Assembly (NCBI GenBank): GCA_963768855.1
Contig: CAVYJM010000012.1
Span: 29,451 to 93,450, forward strand
Direction of reading: 5' to 3'
DNA length: 64,000 nt
Source of the DNA: an uncultured Thermoplasmata archaeon
GTDB taxonomy: Archaea; Thermoplasmatota; Thermoplasmata; RBG-16-68-12
Shown here: one piece after another, positions 1 to 8,374 of the stretch
Layout: the number at the start of each line of letters is the position of its first letter
How positions within the stretch are numbered: position 1 is the first letter of the stretch
Made by a program: the position numbers and the translations under genes
Notes under the pieces: generated by a model
Told to the model about the DNA's origin: nothing
Database searches by the model: none
What the model saw: only the letters and a program-made list of their open reading frames with translations

Positions 1-27
1 TCCCCCTAGACGGACTCGGGATGCGAT

Positions 28-540
28 ATGCAGGAGCGCACCGTCCTGATCCTCGTCGTGGTCCTCGTCGTGGCCACCGCGGGTGCGGGTGTGGCGGTGA
101 ACGCGCTCCGCGACAGCGGCTCGGGGACCTGGCACGCGTTCCTCCTGACCCTTGACTGGCACGGCACGCCGGCGGTCGGATCGGACCTCTCGATCACGGT
201 CAAGGTGCAGAAGGGCCAGCTCGACTCGCGTTCCCTCCCTGCGCTCTTCCTCTCGCTGGACGTCGGCGGCCTGGCCGTGGTCTCCGCGACTCCGGGCACG
301 AACCCCTGGGGATCGCCGACGGTCTGGAACCTCACGGGCCTCGACTTCTCCACGCCCCGCATGTACAACGTCACCGGTACGCTGACCGAGGCGGGATCCA
401 CGACGCTCTACGCGATGATCTGGGTCCCGCTCGGAGACTTGCGGTCCGTCGCCGTGGATGCCGTGGGCCACGTGAACCCCGCGGACGTCTCCCTCATGGC
501 GGCGGATTTCTCGACCTTCACGGTGACCGCGGCCGCCTGA
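28..540 (+). CDS. hypothetical membrane-anchored / exported protein
   Basis: 170-aa ORF with hydrophobic N-terminus (VLILVVVLVVATAGAGVAV) followed by a beta-rich Ser/Thr/Gly domain. Third codon positions are G/C-rich. No family motif recognised. Confidence 0.45.
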   Translation: MQERTVLILVVVLVVATAGAGVAVNALRDSGSGTWHAFLLTLDWHGTPAVGSDLSITVKVQKGQLDSRSLPALFLSLDVGGLAVVSATPGTNPWGSPTVWNLTGLDFSTPRMYNVTGTLTEAGSTTLYAMIWVPLGDLRSVAVDAVGHVNPADVSLMAADFSTFTVTAAA

Positions 541-547
541 TCGGTGC

Positions 548-1093
548 TCAGGACTCCAGGAGGTCCGAGTACGACGACGCCATCAGGTCGTCCGGGTCGA
601 TCTGGAAGTAGGCGACGAGGGACTCGAGCTGGGCCCGGCCCGCCGCCCGCTCGGTCTCTCCCGAGACGACCTTTTCGAACTCGATGAACTTCCCGAGGCC
701 GCGCACCGTGTCCAGGTGGACCTGCACCCCTTCCAGGCGGTAGATCTCCCGTGTCTTCCGCACCTCCGCCTTCACCGGGAACGTGCGGCGCAGGATGTCC
801 AGGACGCTGGCGGCGTCCGGGAGGTCCGCGAGAAGCACGAGGCTCTCCTTCACGCCGCCCTCGTCCGGCCGTTCGTAGTAGACCAGCTGTCCTTGCCGCT
901 GGCCGTCGACCGATCGGAGCTTGAGACGTCGCTCTCCCAGGGAGAAGTAGGTGTCCACCTGACGGAATCGTCCGATTCGCTCCGCACCCGACAGGAGGGC
1001 GCGGGCCTTCCCCAGGTCCTCGTAGCGGGCCTTGAGCTCGACGAGGTGCTTGCGTCCCGCCGTCACAGGAGGCGGGATGCGGCGAGGCCGCAA
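548..1093 (-). CDS. CYTH-domain protein (class IV adenylate cyclase / triphosphatase, CyaB-like)
   Basis: 181 aa. Starts with an ExExK-like strand (LVELKAR), then QVDTYF, RLKLR, YYER and GKFIEFE, the typical CYTH beta-barrel signature order. The start codon may be internal. Confidence 0.75.
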   Translation of the reverse strand: MRPRRIPPPVTAGRKHLVELKARYEDLGKARALLSGAERIGRFRQVDTYFSLGERRLKLRSVDGQRQGQLVYYERPDEGGVKESLVLLADLPDAASVLDILRRTFPVKAEVRKTREIYRLEGVQVHLDTVRGLGKFIEFEKVVSGETERAAGRAQLESLVAYFQIDPDDLMASSYSDLLES

Positions 1094-1108
1094 GAAGGTT
1101 CGGGTGGC

Positions 1109-1444
1109 CTAGAGCCGCTGCTCGGGAAGGAAGTCTTCGACCATCGCGTCGAGGCCCGTGGGGGGCGTCCGTGCGCGGACGGACGGGAGGCGCGAGAGCC
1201 CCTTCGCCGCGGCGAGGTGCGCCTTCGGGCTCGCGACCGCATCCTGGAGGAGTTCGCGGTGCACGCGCAGGGCCTGCTTCGCGTCGCGGAGGGCCTGGAG
1301 GTCCGCCTTGCCAGGTTCCTTCGCGGCTTGTTTCAGCCTGCGGGCGATCAGGAGCGTCCGGAGGATGAAGATCCCCAGGGCCGCCAGGAGCGCGAGCCAC
1401 ACGATGTCCACGGTATCACTTCGCTCCGGATTCTCCCGGAGCAA
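1109..1444 (-). CDS. small single-TM coiled-coil protein (paralog of 1960..2391)
   Basis: 111 aa. TM helix IVWLALLAALGIFILRTLLI, then ARRLKQAAKEPGKADLQALRDAKQALRVHRELLQDA, which aligns with AKRLKSASHAPLLADTRALEEAQRALNAHHDSLAQA of the 143-aa ORF. TATA-like box about 22 nt upstream. Confidence 0.6.
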   Translation of the reverse strand: MLRENPERSDTVDIVWLALLAALGIFILRTLLIARRLKQAAKEPGKADLQALRDAKQALRVHRELLQDAVASPKAHLAAAKGLSRLPSVRARTPPTGLDAMVEDFLPEQRL

Positions 1445-1465
1445 GTCGGCCTAAGGAGCGGGTCC

Positions 1466-1473
1466 TATTAAAG
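1466..1473 (-). promoter_or_regulatory. TATA-box-like element (CTTTAATA on the minus strand) for a near-leaderless transcript of 1109..1444
   Basis: An isolated A/T octamer in GC-rich DNA, 22-29 nt upstream of the ATG at 1444. Confidence 0.45.
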
Positions 1474-1564
1474 GTTCCTGTACACACGGCTGGAGGGGCC
1501 ATCCAGACCGGCCTGGAGCCGCATCCACCGGGAGACGCGTACCTACCAGTCGCCGCCCGTCCGC

Positions 1565-1948
1565 CTATCCGAGCCCCATCAGGACGACCGCGCCCGCGCC
1601 GGCTGCGCCGAGCGCGGCGCCCCCGAACAGGAGCGTCCGGGAGAGCTTCTCGAGACGGGCTTCGGTGCGGGGGAGGTCCGCCGATGGGAGCGCAAGTTGG
1701 GACTGGATCCCCTGCAGGGTCAGGAGGACCATCCCGTCCAGACATCCGAACGCGACGAGCATGGCCAGCAGGACGCCGAAGGCGAGGGTGAGCGTGAGGT
1801 GGGTCTCGTACAGCCCGGCGCCCACGAAGATCACGTACAGGGGTGCGGTCCACAGGATGAACGAACGCACTTCGTCGAGGCGATGGCGTATGTCCGTCAC
1901 GGCCTGGTCAACCGACGCGTCGCTCCCCTCGTCCGGACGGACCTGCAA
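1565..1948 (-). CDS. hypothetical multi-TM membrane protein
   Basis: 127 aa with about three hydrophobic helices (ILWTAPLYVIFVGAGLY, LTLAFGVLLAMLVAFGCL, LLFGGAALGAAGAGAVVLMGL). Lies between the two paralogous small TM proteins. Confidence 0.5.
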   Translation of the reverse strand: MQVRPDEGSDASVDQAVTDIRHRLDEVRSFILWTAPLYVIFVGAGLYETHLTLTLAFGVLLAMLVAFGCLDGMVLLTLQGIQSQLALPSADLPRTEARLEKLSRTLLFGGAALGAAGAGAVVLMGLG

Positions 1949-1959
1949 TCCGCCCGTGC

Positions 1960-2391
1960 CTAGATATCTTTTGGGGCGCGGTGGGGCTTGTGGGTCGAGC
2001 CGCCCCGGAGGAGCGTCTTCGCGTCCTTGAAGGCCTTCTGCGAGCGCAGCGCCTCGAACTCCTTACGGCTCCGTTCGCGGGACTTCATGCCGTACTCGAG
2101 CTCCCGCCGGCGGGTCTCAATGGACTGGTCCAAGGGGTGTTTGTAGTGGCGGAGCGTATCCCGGGCGTCGCCCAGGTTCCCGGACAGGGTCTCCGTCGCC
2201 TGGGCCAGCGAATCGTGATGCGCGTTCAGGGCCCTCTGCGCTTCCTCGAGCGCCCGCGTGTCCGCGAGAAGCGGCGCATGCGAAGCGGACTTCAATCGCT
2301 TAGCCAAGTAGACCACCCGACCGACGAACACGGCGACGGCGATGAGGATGACCATCCATGGCTGTGTGAGGAAGACTAGGATCGGGTCCAT
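1960..2391 (-). CDS. small single-TM coiled-coil protein (paralog of 1109..1444)
   Basis: 143 aa. N-terminal TM helix (WMVILIAVAVFVGRVVYL), then a charged helical region that aligns with the 111-aa ORF. Confidence 0.6.
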   Translation of the reverse strand: MDPILVFLTQPWMVILIAVAVFVGRVVYLAKRLKSASHAPLLADTRALEEAQRALNAHHDSLAQATETLSGNLGDARDTLRHYKHPLDQSIETRRRELEYGMKSRERSRKEFEALRSQKAFKDAKTLLRGGSTHKPHRAPKDI

Positions 2392-2643
2392 CGCAGTTAC
2401 GCCTCCTTGTGCACGTCTGTTTCGTGTACCGGCCTATCTTTACCTTGGCCATAGTCAGCATATACCGACCATAATGCCAGGCTGTAACACGGATGGTACG
2501 GATTTCGGGCGCGCCGTAGGGACGTGGCATGTACACGAGGCGGGTCTCGGGCGCCTCCGATTTTCGGTCATCCGAAAGGAGCCCGAGCACCTCCCTGGGT
2601 AGGCTCGCTCGAGGGCATAAGGCATTGCCTCCTGACTTGCTCC

Positions 2644-3321
2644 ATGGGGCGCAAAGACGGAATAGCGCCGCGATTCTCCGGGACACGAGGCGACAGCGTG
2701 ATCACGGTGTACGACGAGGTCTACAGCCCGTACTGCGGCAAAGTGAGGAAGATTCTCGAGTTCAAGGGACTCGCGTACCGCACGATTCCCGTCCCGTACC
2801 ACGACAAGTCTCGCCTCCTGAAGGAGACCCGCCAGGACTACGTGCCCTTCCTCCGGGACGGGCGCCGCGGCGTCCCGTGGACCGAGGCCGTTGATCACCT
2901 CGAGCGGGTCCGACCCGAGCCCACGGTCTATCCGCTCGGGTTGCGCGCGGCGACCAAGCTCCTCGAGGCCTGGGAATACGACTGGTTCGAGGACCGCTTC
3001 TGGGGCCTCGTCGCGCCGTTCCTGGAACGGAAGCTCACGGATCCGGTGGAGAGGTGGAACTTCACGGAAACCTGGGAGCGCGCGTACGGCCCGTTCGATG
3101 CGATCCGGAAGGACCCGCGTCCGGTGTGGGAGAGCCTCGCGCCCTCCCTGCGGACCCTTGAACGAGGTCTCTCGGACCACCCGTTCCTGATCGCGGCGGA
3201 GCCCACCGCGTTCGACTTCGCCATGTACGGCAACTTCGCGGCAGGAGCCTACGCGGACGTGAAGTGGCCGGCGTCGTATCCGAAGTTGCAGGCTTGGTAC
3301 CGCCGGATCGCTCGGCTGTGA
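2644..3321 (+). CDS. glutathione S-transferase / glutaredoxin-2-like thioredoxin-fold protein
   Basis: From the internal ATG at 2644. ITVYDEVYSPYCGKVRKILEFKGLAYRTIPV is a GST N-terminal (thioredoxin-like) domain with VPFL, followed by a helical C-terminal domain. The upstream 40 codons of ORF 2524..3321 look non-coding. Confidence 0.7.
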   Translation: MGRKDGIAPRFSGTRGDSVITVYDEVYSPYCGKVRKILEFKGLAYRTIPVPYHDKSRLLKETRQDYVPFLRDGRRGVPWTEAVDHLERVRPEPTVYPLGLRAATKLLEAWEYDWFEDRFWGLVAPFLERKLTDPVERWNFTETWERAYGPFDAIRKDPRPVWESLAPSLRTLERGLSDHPFLIAAEPTAFDFAMYGNFAAGAYADVKWPASYPKLQAWYRRIARL

Positions 3322-3432
3322 ACCCCGTAGGTCCTCCCGGAGGGGTGCGGGCTCGTATACCTCTACATAGAGGTACGCCGGTCAGCCCGGTGCGAGACCA
3401 CCGGGACGGCGTTTGCGCGGAAAGGGTCACGG

Positions 3433-4695
3433 TCATCCCACTCGGCCATAATCCGTGATGCGTCGCTGGCTGCGCAGGTACGCGCGGAGCACGCTGGCCC
3501 GCCACCAGTTCGCCAGGGGCAGCCTCAGCCGCCGGCCGAGCTCCTCCTCCGCCTCGTTGAGCGTGCGGCAAACGGCCGGAGGCTTGGCAAGCGCGGCCCG
3601 CGCGAGTTCGCGGTAGCGGAAGACGCCGAGCGGGATCCAGTCGTCGTAGACCTCCATGAGGACGATCGCCCCGGCCTGGCGCCGGCGGCGGGCGAGATGT
3701 TCCAGGACCGGGTTCTTCGTCGCGTGGTATGCGCCGCCGATCTCGTCGGGATAGGTCTTCCGGCCCCGCGTGAACTCGTGGTCGTGGATTGGCGTCGGAC
3801 CCGAGGACAGGTTCCACGCCTCGAGGCCCTCGAACATGAACGCCTGCGGGAAGAGCAGGATCGCGACCGTGTTCGCGAGACCCGTGGCGCTGTACACCTC
3901 GTACTCGGAGATCCAGGGATGGTCCCGCACCTCGTCGATCAGGCGCCGTCCCAGGATGTCGTCCACGGCAGTGATCGACCACTCCGTCGGCACGAGCCGG
4001 CGGCGCTCCTTCCCGCCCAGGAGGCCCACGGAGAAGATCCGCGTGATGTGGCTCTGCGTCACCCCGTGGGCATACAGGTCCGCGACGGCCTCGCCCGCCC
4101 CGACGTCCGTGTCGGAGACCAGGTCGTCCACGCGGCGCGGAACGGAAGGGTTCGACGCGAGCTCGACCTTCCGGATGTCCGCGCTCGGGCCGCTCGGCGG
4201 GGCGCGGGCGGAGAACGGGCTCACGAGGGTGGGCGTCTTCTCGAGCCACATCTCCGTGTCGACGGGCTTGGACGCCATCGCGCCCTCCTGGACGACGGAG
4301 AGGATGGTGTCCGGCTCCCGCGCCTCGATCACGCGCCGCGGTGCCTTCCCCCGCACGAGGCTCAGGCGGAACCGGAGGATTTCCGCCAGGTCGTACTGGA
4401 GCCACGTCTCCGAGGCGTCCAGGATGGACGTGTCCTGGTCCCGCAGCGGGGGCACGAGCGGCCCGACCAAGACCCGGGGGTAACCCCAGGAGCCGACGAA
4501 CGCGCTCGGTGGCGAGGCTCCGAAAAGGTCCGTGGACCGCAGGTCAGTCCGCTCCGTGAACCACTTGCGCACCTTGCCCAGGTACGGACAGACCGCGAGG
4601 CGACACCGCTTGATGTCGCCGCCGCACACGCGGCAGCCGATCTCGCGCTTGACCTCGGCGAGCGTCGCGCGGATTCCGTCCTCGGGGGAGGTCAT
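3433..4695 (-). CDS. archaeal Nre-family DNA repair protein (NreA-like, DUF650/DUF651 architecture)
   Basis: 420 aa. N-terminal Cys cluster (CRVCGGDIKRCRLAVCPY), FGASPPSAFVGSWGYPRV, and a conserved C-terminal half (HDHEF, GGAYHATK, WIPLGVFRYRE), as I remember for archaeal Nre proteins. Confidence 0.7.
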   Translation of the reverse strand: MTSPEDGIRATLAEVKREIGCRVCGGDIKRCRLAVCPYLGKVRKWFTERTDLRSTDLFGASPPSAFVGSWGYPRVLVGPLVPPLRDQDTSILDASETWLQYDLAEILRFRLSLVRGKAPRRVIEAREPDTILSVVQEGAMASKPVDTEMWLEKTPTLVSPFSARAPPSGPSADIRKVELASNPSVPRRVDDLVSDTDVGAGEAVADLYAHGVTQSHITRIFSVGLLGGKERRRLVPTEWSITAVDDILGRRLIDEVRDHPWISEYEVYSATGLANTVAILLFPQAFMFEGLEAWNLSSGPTPIHDHEFTRGRKTYPDEIGGAYHATKNPVLEHLARRRRQAGAIVLMEVYDDWIPLGVFRYRELARAALAKPPAVCRTLNEAEEELGRRLRLPLANWWRASVLRAYLRSQRRITDYGRVG

Positions 4696-4722
4696 GGCCC
4701 TCCGGGACGGCCGGGCGCCTCC

Positions 4723-5355
4723 TCAGGTCGCCGGGCTCGCGCGGGCCGCGGGCTGGGCGGGCGCGGGTGCCGCGGCGGGGATCAGCTCGCCCGTATCGGC
4801 GTACCACCTGTGGGCGCGGTATGTCTGGGAGTCGACGAGGACGAGCCGTCCCTGCACGATCTGGAAGTCGCTGGGCTCCGCCACGCCGTCGGACTGGCAG
4901 CTCGGGCAGCGCTTGACCTTCGCCCCCTGGAGGGCGTCCGCAAGGGTCTTCGCCGCGGCTGGCGTCGCAGCTGAGGTCGGTTTGGGAGTCGAGGTCGGGA
5001 TCGGCGGGGTCGCTGCAGACGGAGAAACCGGAGTCGGCGGAGGCCGGGGGGCGGCCGGCGTGGGAGTCGCCCCAACCCCGGTCGGCGCGGAAGGCGGGGA
5101 TGGCGCGGCGGGCTTCGCCGCGGGTGCCGGGCTCGGCGCCGGTGTGGGCGTTGCAGCGGCTGCCGGTTTCGGGGACGCCACCGCGGGCGGGGCCGGTTTC
5201 GGAACGCCCGGTGCGGCGGGCGGGGCGGGAACCGGGACGGGGACGGAGAGATCCTCCTCCCAGATCGCCGCGCACACGCCGCACGTGTGGATCTTGCTCG
5301 TGGAGGCGTTGCAGGTCTGAGGCCCGCAATTCGGGCAGTGGTGTTCCCTCGCCAT
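4723..5355 (-). CDS. zinc-ribbon protein with a long Pro/Ala/Thr-rich low-complexity linker
   Basis: 210 aa. N-terminal HHCPNCGPQTC...CGVC and C-terminal CPSC motifs are separated by about 120 residues of PAPP/PTP low complexity. Confidence 0.6.
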   Translation of the reverse strand: MAREHHCPNCGPQTCNASTSKIHTCGVCAAIWEEDLSVPVPVPAPPAAPGVPKPAPPAVASPKPAAAATPTPAPSPAPAAKPAAPSPPSAPTGVGATPTPAAPRPPPTPVSPSAATPPIPTSTPKPTSAATPAAAKTLADALQGAKVKRCPSCQSDGVAEPSDFQIVQGRLVLVDSQTYRAHRWYADTGELIPAAAPAPAQPAARASPAT

Positions 5356-5549
5356 GGCAGAACTCCGGAACCCCGAGGGCCACTTATCTCTTTCGGGATT
5401 CGGTCCTCCGGCATCCCGAGAGAGGCACGCTCCTCGAGGACCAGGGCGCGGCCATATGGAGTTCCCCCGCGACCTTTAAGGCCGAATCGGGCGTTCCTGC
5501 CGCGAGGAGGGATCGGACGACCGCTGCATTCCCCGACCAAACCCCGCCA

Positions 5550-7163
5550 ATGCGAACCGCCCTGGTGGGCTGCCTCGTCCTCGGACTGTCGCTCGCCCTG
5601 GTGCTCCTGGCCGCCGCTCCGGCGGTCGCGGGAGTGCCGCAGGTCGCGGACTTCTTCACCTTCGACTCGACCACGACCGTCGACCAGGGTCAGGGAGAGT
5701 ACTACGGCTACTCCGAGACCACCACGTCCCACTACCGCTACTCCGTGGAATCCGTCTCCGGCGCGGACGCGACCTTGTCGGGAGTCGGCTCGTGGACCTA
5801 CTCGAACACGAGCGGCGGTTTCGAGTCCGGGAGCAACCCGTACCACCCGACCTTCTCCCTCAACTCGCGAATGTACCTGTCCGGATACGACGGCCCCGCT
5901 CTCCGGGACACGCCCAACGCGACGGTCTGGTTCTGGATCCTCACCCCGGTCGTCGCGGGCCAGGTCATCCAGGTCCTCGACGAGCCTCTCAAGGTCGCTT
6001 CGACGAGCGCCACGTACTGGATCGGTGCCCTGCCACACCGCGCGATCCTCCTGGAGGGCTCCGGAGCATATACCCGGAACGATGTCTATGGCGTCTTCAG
6101 CGCGACCTACACGGACCGATACTACTTCGATGCGGACTCCGGGTTCATCGTCGCCGAGCAGTACACGGAGACCGATCAGAGCTCGACCGCATCCTTCGTG
6201 AACTCAACGATGCTGAGCGTGACCGCGAGCAGCTACGCGATCCCGCTCGACCTGGTGACCTTCTCCCTGCTCTACCTCGGGATCCCCGCCGCGGTCGTCC
6301 TCGTGATCGTCGGCGTGATCCTCGTCCGCCGCGGTCCGAGCCGCCTGCGCATCGGCTCGGGCAACCAGGCCACGTACGTGCGGATCCGCAAGGCGAAGCA
6401 ACCGGCCGACGCGACGGGGCTCATCCCGGACGGGTCGCCTTTCTTCGGCCCCTTCCTCCCGATCTTCGCGGAGCGGTCCATCGCCGAAGGCGATCCCGTC
6501 GTCCTCGCCCTGGACGAACGCAAGATTGTCGGCATGGCCCTCCTGGACCGGGAGTCGGGGATGGGCAGCCTCTTCGCCGCCGAGGAGACCGTGGCCCGGG
6601 CCCTCCTCAAGCGCGTGCGGATGACCGACTTCTTCGCGGACGCGAACATCCCCGGTCGCGTCCTCCGCGCAAACGAGATGGACCGCTTCACGATCCTCCA
6701 GCTCCGCAACCCGCAGCCCGTTGACTACGACTCGACGGTCGTGCGCCCGATGACCGCGGACGACCTGCCTATGGTCGCGGGGATCGCCCAGGAGACGTAC
6801 CGGAGCCGCGCGGCCCGGTTCATCGAATCGAGCTTCAAGGCAGGCGACCTCGGCTTCGTCGCGACCTCGGGCGGGCGCGTCGTGGGCTTCGGCTTCGCGA
6901 TGGTCGTCGGCAGCGTCGCCCGCCTCCACACGCTCACCGTGGCGGCGACCGAGCGCGCACGGGGCCTCGGCACGGAAATCACGAACGCGCGGCTCTCCAC
7001 CCTCGCGGCCCTCGGCGTGGACCGGGTCATCGTCGAGATCTCCCGCCAGAACGCTGCCTCCCTACGAATCGCCACGAAGGCAGGATTCACCCCGGTAGGG
7101 GAGACGATCTACTATTCGCGGAACCCGCCTTCCGCCCCCTCCGTCATCCAGAGGCAGACGTGA
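5550..7163 (+). CDS. membrane protein: signal peptide + extracellular domain + TM helix + cytoplasmic GNAT N-acetyltransferase domain
   Basis: Start taken at ATG 5550 (MRTALVGCLVLGLSLALVLLAAAPAVAG). TM helix LVTFSLLYLGIPAAVVLVIVGVILV. The C-terminus has a GNAT core (GRVVGFGFAMVVG..LHTLTVAATERARGLGTEI...IATKAGF). The upstream 150 codons of ORF 5100..7163 overlap the opposite-strand gene and look non-coding. Confidence 0.7.
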   Translation: MRTALVGCLVLGLSLALVLLAAAPAVAGVPQVADFFTFDSTTTVDQGQGEYYGYSETTTSHYRYSVESVSGADATLSGVGSWTYSNTSGGFESGSNPYHPTFSLNSRMYLSGYDGPALRDTPNATVWFWILTPVVAGQVIQVLDEPLKVASTSATYWIGALPHRAILLEGSGAYTRNDVYGVFSATYTDRYYFDADSGFIVAEQYTETDQSSTASFVNSTMLSVTASSYAIPLDLVTFSLLYLGIPAAVVLVIVGVILVRRGPSRLRIGSGNQATYVRIRKAKQPADATGLIPDGSPFFGPFLPIFAERSIAEGDPVVLALDERKIVGMALLDRESGMGSLFAAEETVARALLKRVRMTDFFADANIPGRVLRANEMDRFTILQLRNPQPVDYDSTVVRPMTADDLPMVAGIAQETYRSRAARFIESSFKAGDLGFVATSGGRVVGFGFAMVVGSVARLHTLTVAATERARGLGTEITNARLSTLAALGVDRVIVEISRQNAASLRIATKAGFTPVGETIYYSRNPPSAPSVIQRQT

Positions 7164-8374
7164 TGGTGCGCGAGGCCGTCTGGGTGCCGAACGATCCGGT
7201 GCACCTCGTTCGCCTCGAAGGGGGGGTGCAGACCGTGGGCGACCCGCGGTACCGGTCGTACTGGGAGAAGGAGCCGCCTGCAGGGTACGTCCCGGACCTC
7301 CTCTGGAAGCTCGCTGGGAAGCCGGAAGGCGTGCCCGTCTCCGGAATCCGCGACGACAACCGCTCCGCGCTCCTCCCTGAACGGCGCTTGGCGATCGGCG
7401 GCCAGGAATTCCTGGCTGCGGTCAAGGGCTGCGGCGCCGGCGTGGACGCCTTCGAGAACGCGCCGCTGACCGCGGAGCGCGTGCGGGCGATCGGCCGCGA
7501 TGGGGCCGCCCTCGAGAGGATCGCCTCGGAGAATGGCGCGAGCGAGGGCTTCATCACGGGCGAGCGGTGGTTCGGCAACACCCCTTACGGCGGCCAAGCA
7601 CCCGACAACGCGGCGATTGGTTTCCTGACGAGTCTGCGGGCGACAGACGCGCAGATCGCGGGGTTCCACGTGTGCCCGATCATCGGCCTGGTCCGGCTCC
7701 CGGACGCGCTGGCGGGGATCGCCTCCCGCTTCTTCTGGTACCGCCGGTACGAGGGAGAATTCTGGCAGGAGATCCGGCTCATGCCCTCGAACGTCCGCCT
7801 GTACTTCCACAGCCCGGTCACCTTCGGGATCGACACGTCGCGGGCCCTCTCCCTCTTCGGGGTCGCGTCGTTCGACGAGGCGGAACGGTTCCTCGAGAAC
7901 CTCGCCCGGTCCGCCCTCGCCGCGCTCACGCTCTACGCCCGCACCCTGCGGCACGACTCCGTGCGCGGGGGGTACCGGGGCCTCGGATACCACGACGTGT
8001 GGCTCGACAAGGACGCGGTGATCGCGCCGGACGGCACGATGCACTTCGCGGATCTCGAGGGGATCGAAGAGATCCCCGCACCAAACGAGGAGGCGGTCCG
8101 GGAGGAGATCGGGAAGCAGTTCCACCGCAACGTGTACGAGGCCACGTACGCCCTCGAGGCTCTCGCATGGGACGTGGATCGCCGGTGGCGTGCGTTCCGC
8201 TCCGCGCCGGAGCGCCGGCGCTGGATCCTCGAGGTCCTCGAACGCGCCTGCGTCGCGGACCCCTTCCTCTCCCTCGACCGTCGCGGCGCGAACCTGGTCC
8301 TCGGAGTGGAGCCCGCGGTCGAGCCGGAGACCTGTCGTGTGGAGATTGACCTCGCATCGGAGGTGGGGCGGTAG
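7160..8374 (+). CDS. hypothetical protein, possibly protein-kinase-like fold
   Basis: 404 aa. The GTG/ATG start overlaps the upstream stop (GTGATG), indicating translational coupling. YHDVWLDKDAVIAPDGTMHFADLEG resembles an HxD-x4-(N/D) catalytic loop followed by a DFG/DLE-type metal-binding strand. No firm family assignment. Confidence 0.55.
   Translation: MMVREAVWVPNDPVHLVRLEGGVQTVGDPRYRSYWEKEPPAGYVPDLLWKLAGKPEGVPVSGIRDDNRSALLPERRLAIGGQEFLAAVKGCGAGVDAFENAPLTAERVRAIGRDGAALERIASENGASEGFITGERWFGNTPYGGQAPDNAAIGFLTSLRATDAQIAGFHVCPIIGLVRLPDALAGIASRFFWYRRYEGEFWQEIRLMPSNVRLYFHSPVTFGIDTSRALSLFGVASFDEAERFLENLARSALAALTLYARTLRHDSVRGGYRGLGYHDVWLDKDAVIAPDGTMHFADLEGIEEIPAPNEEAVREEIGKQFHRNVYEATYALEALAWDVDRRWRAFRSAPERRRWILEVLERACVADPFLSLDRRGANLVLGVEPAVEPETCRVEIDLASEVGR

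Noticed and set aside
3062-4405. 447-aa alternative-frame ORF overlapping the Nre gene
   Set aside because: The translation is Arg/Pro/Gly-rich. The overlapping 420-aa frame has the conserved Nre motifs.
4980-5230. Pro/Ala-coding stretch examined as a DNA tandem repeat or CRISPR-like array
   Set aside because: There is no constant period and no repeated unit at the DNA level. It is compositional low complexity inside a coding frame.
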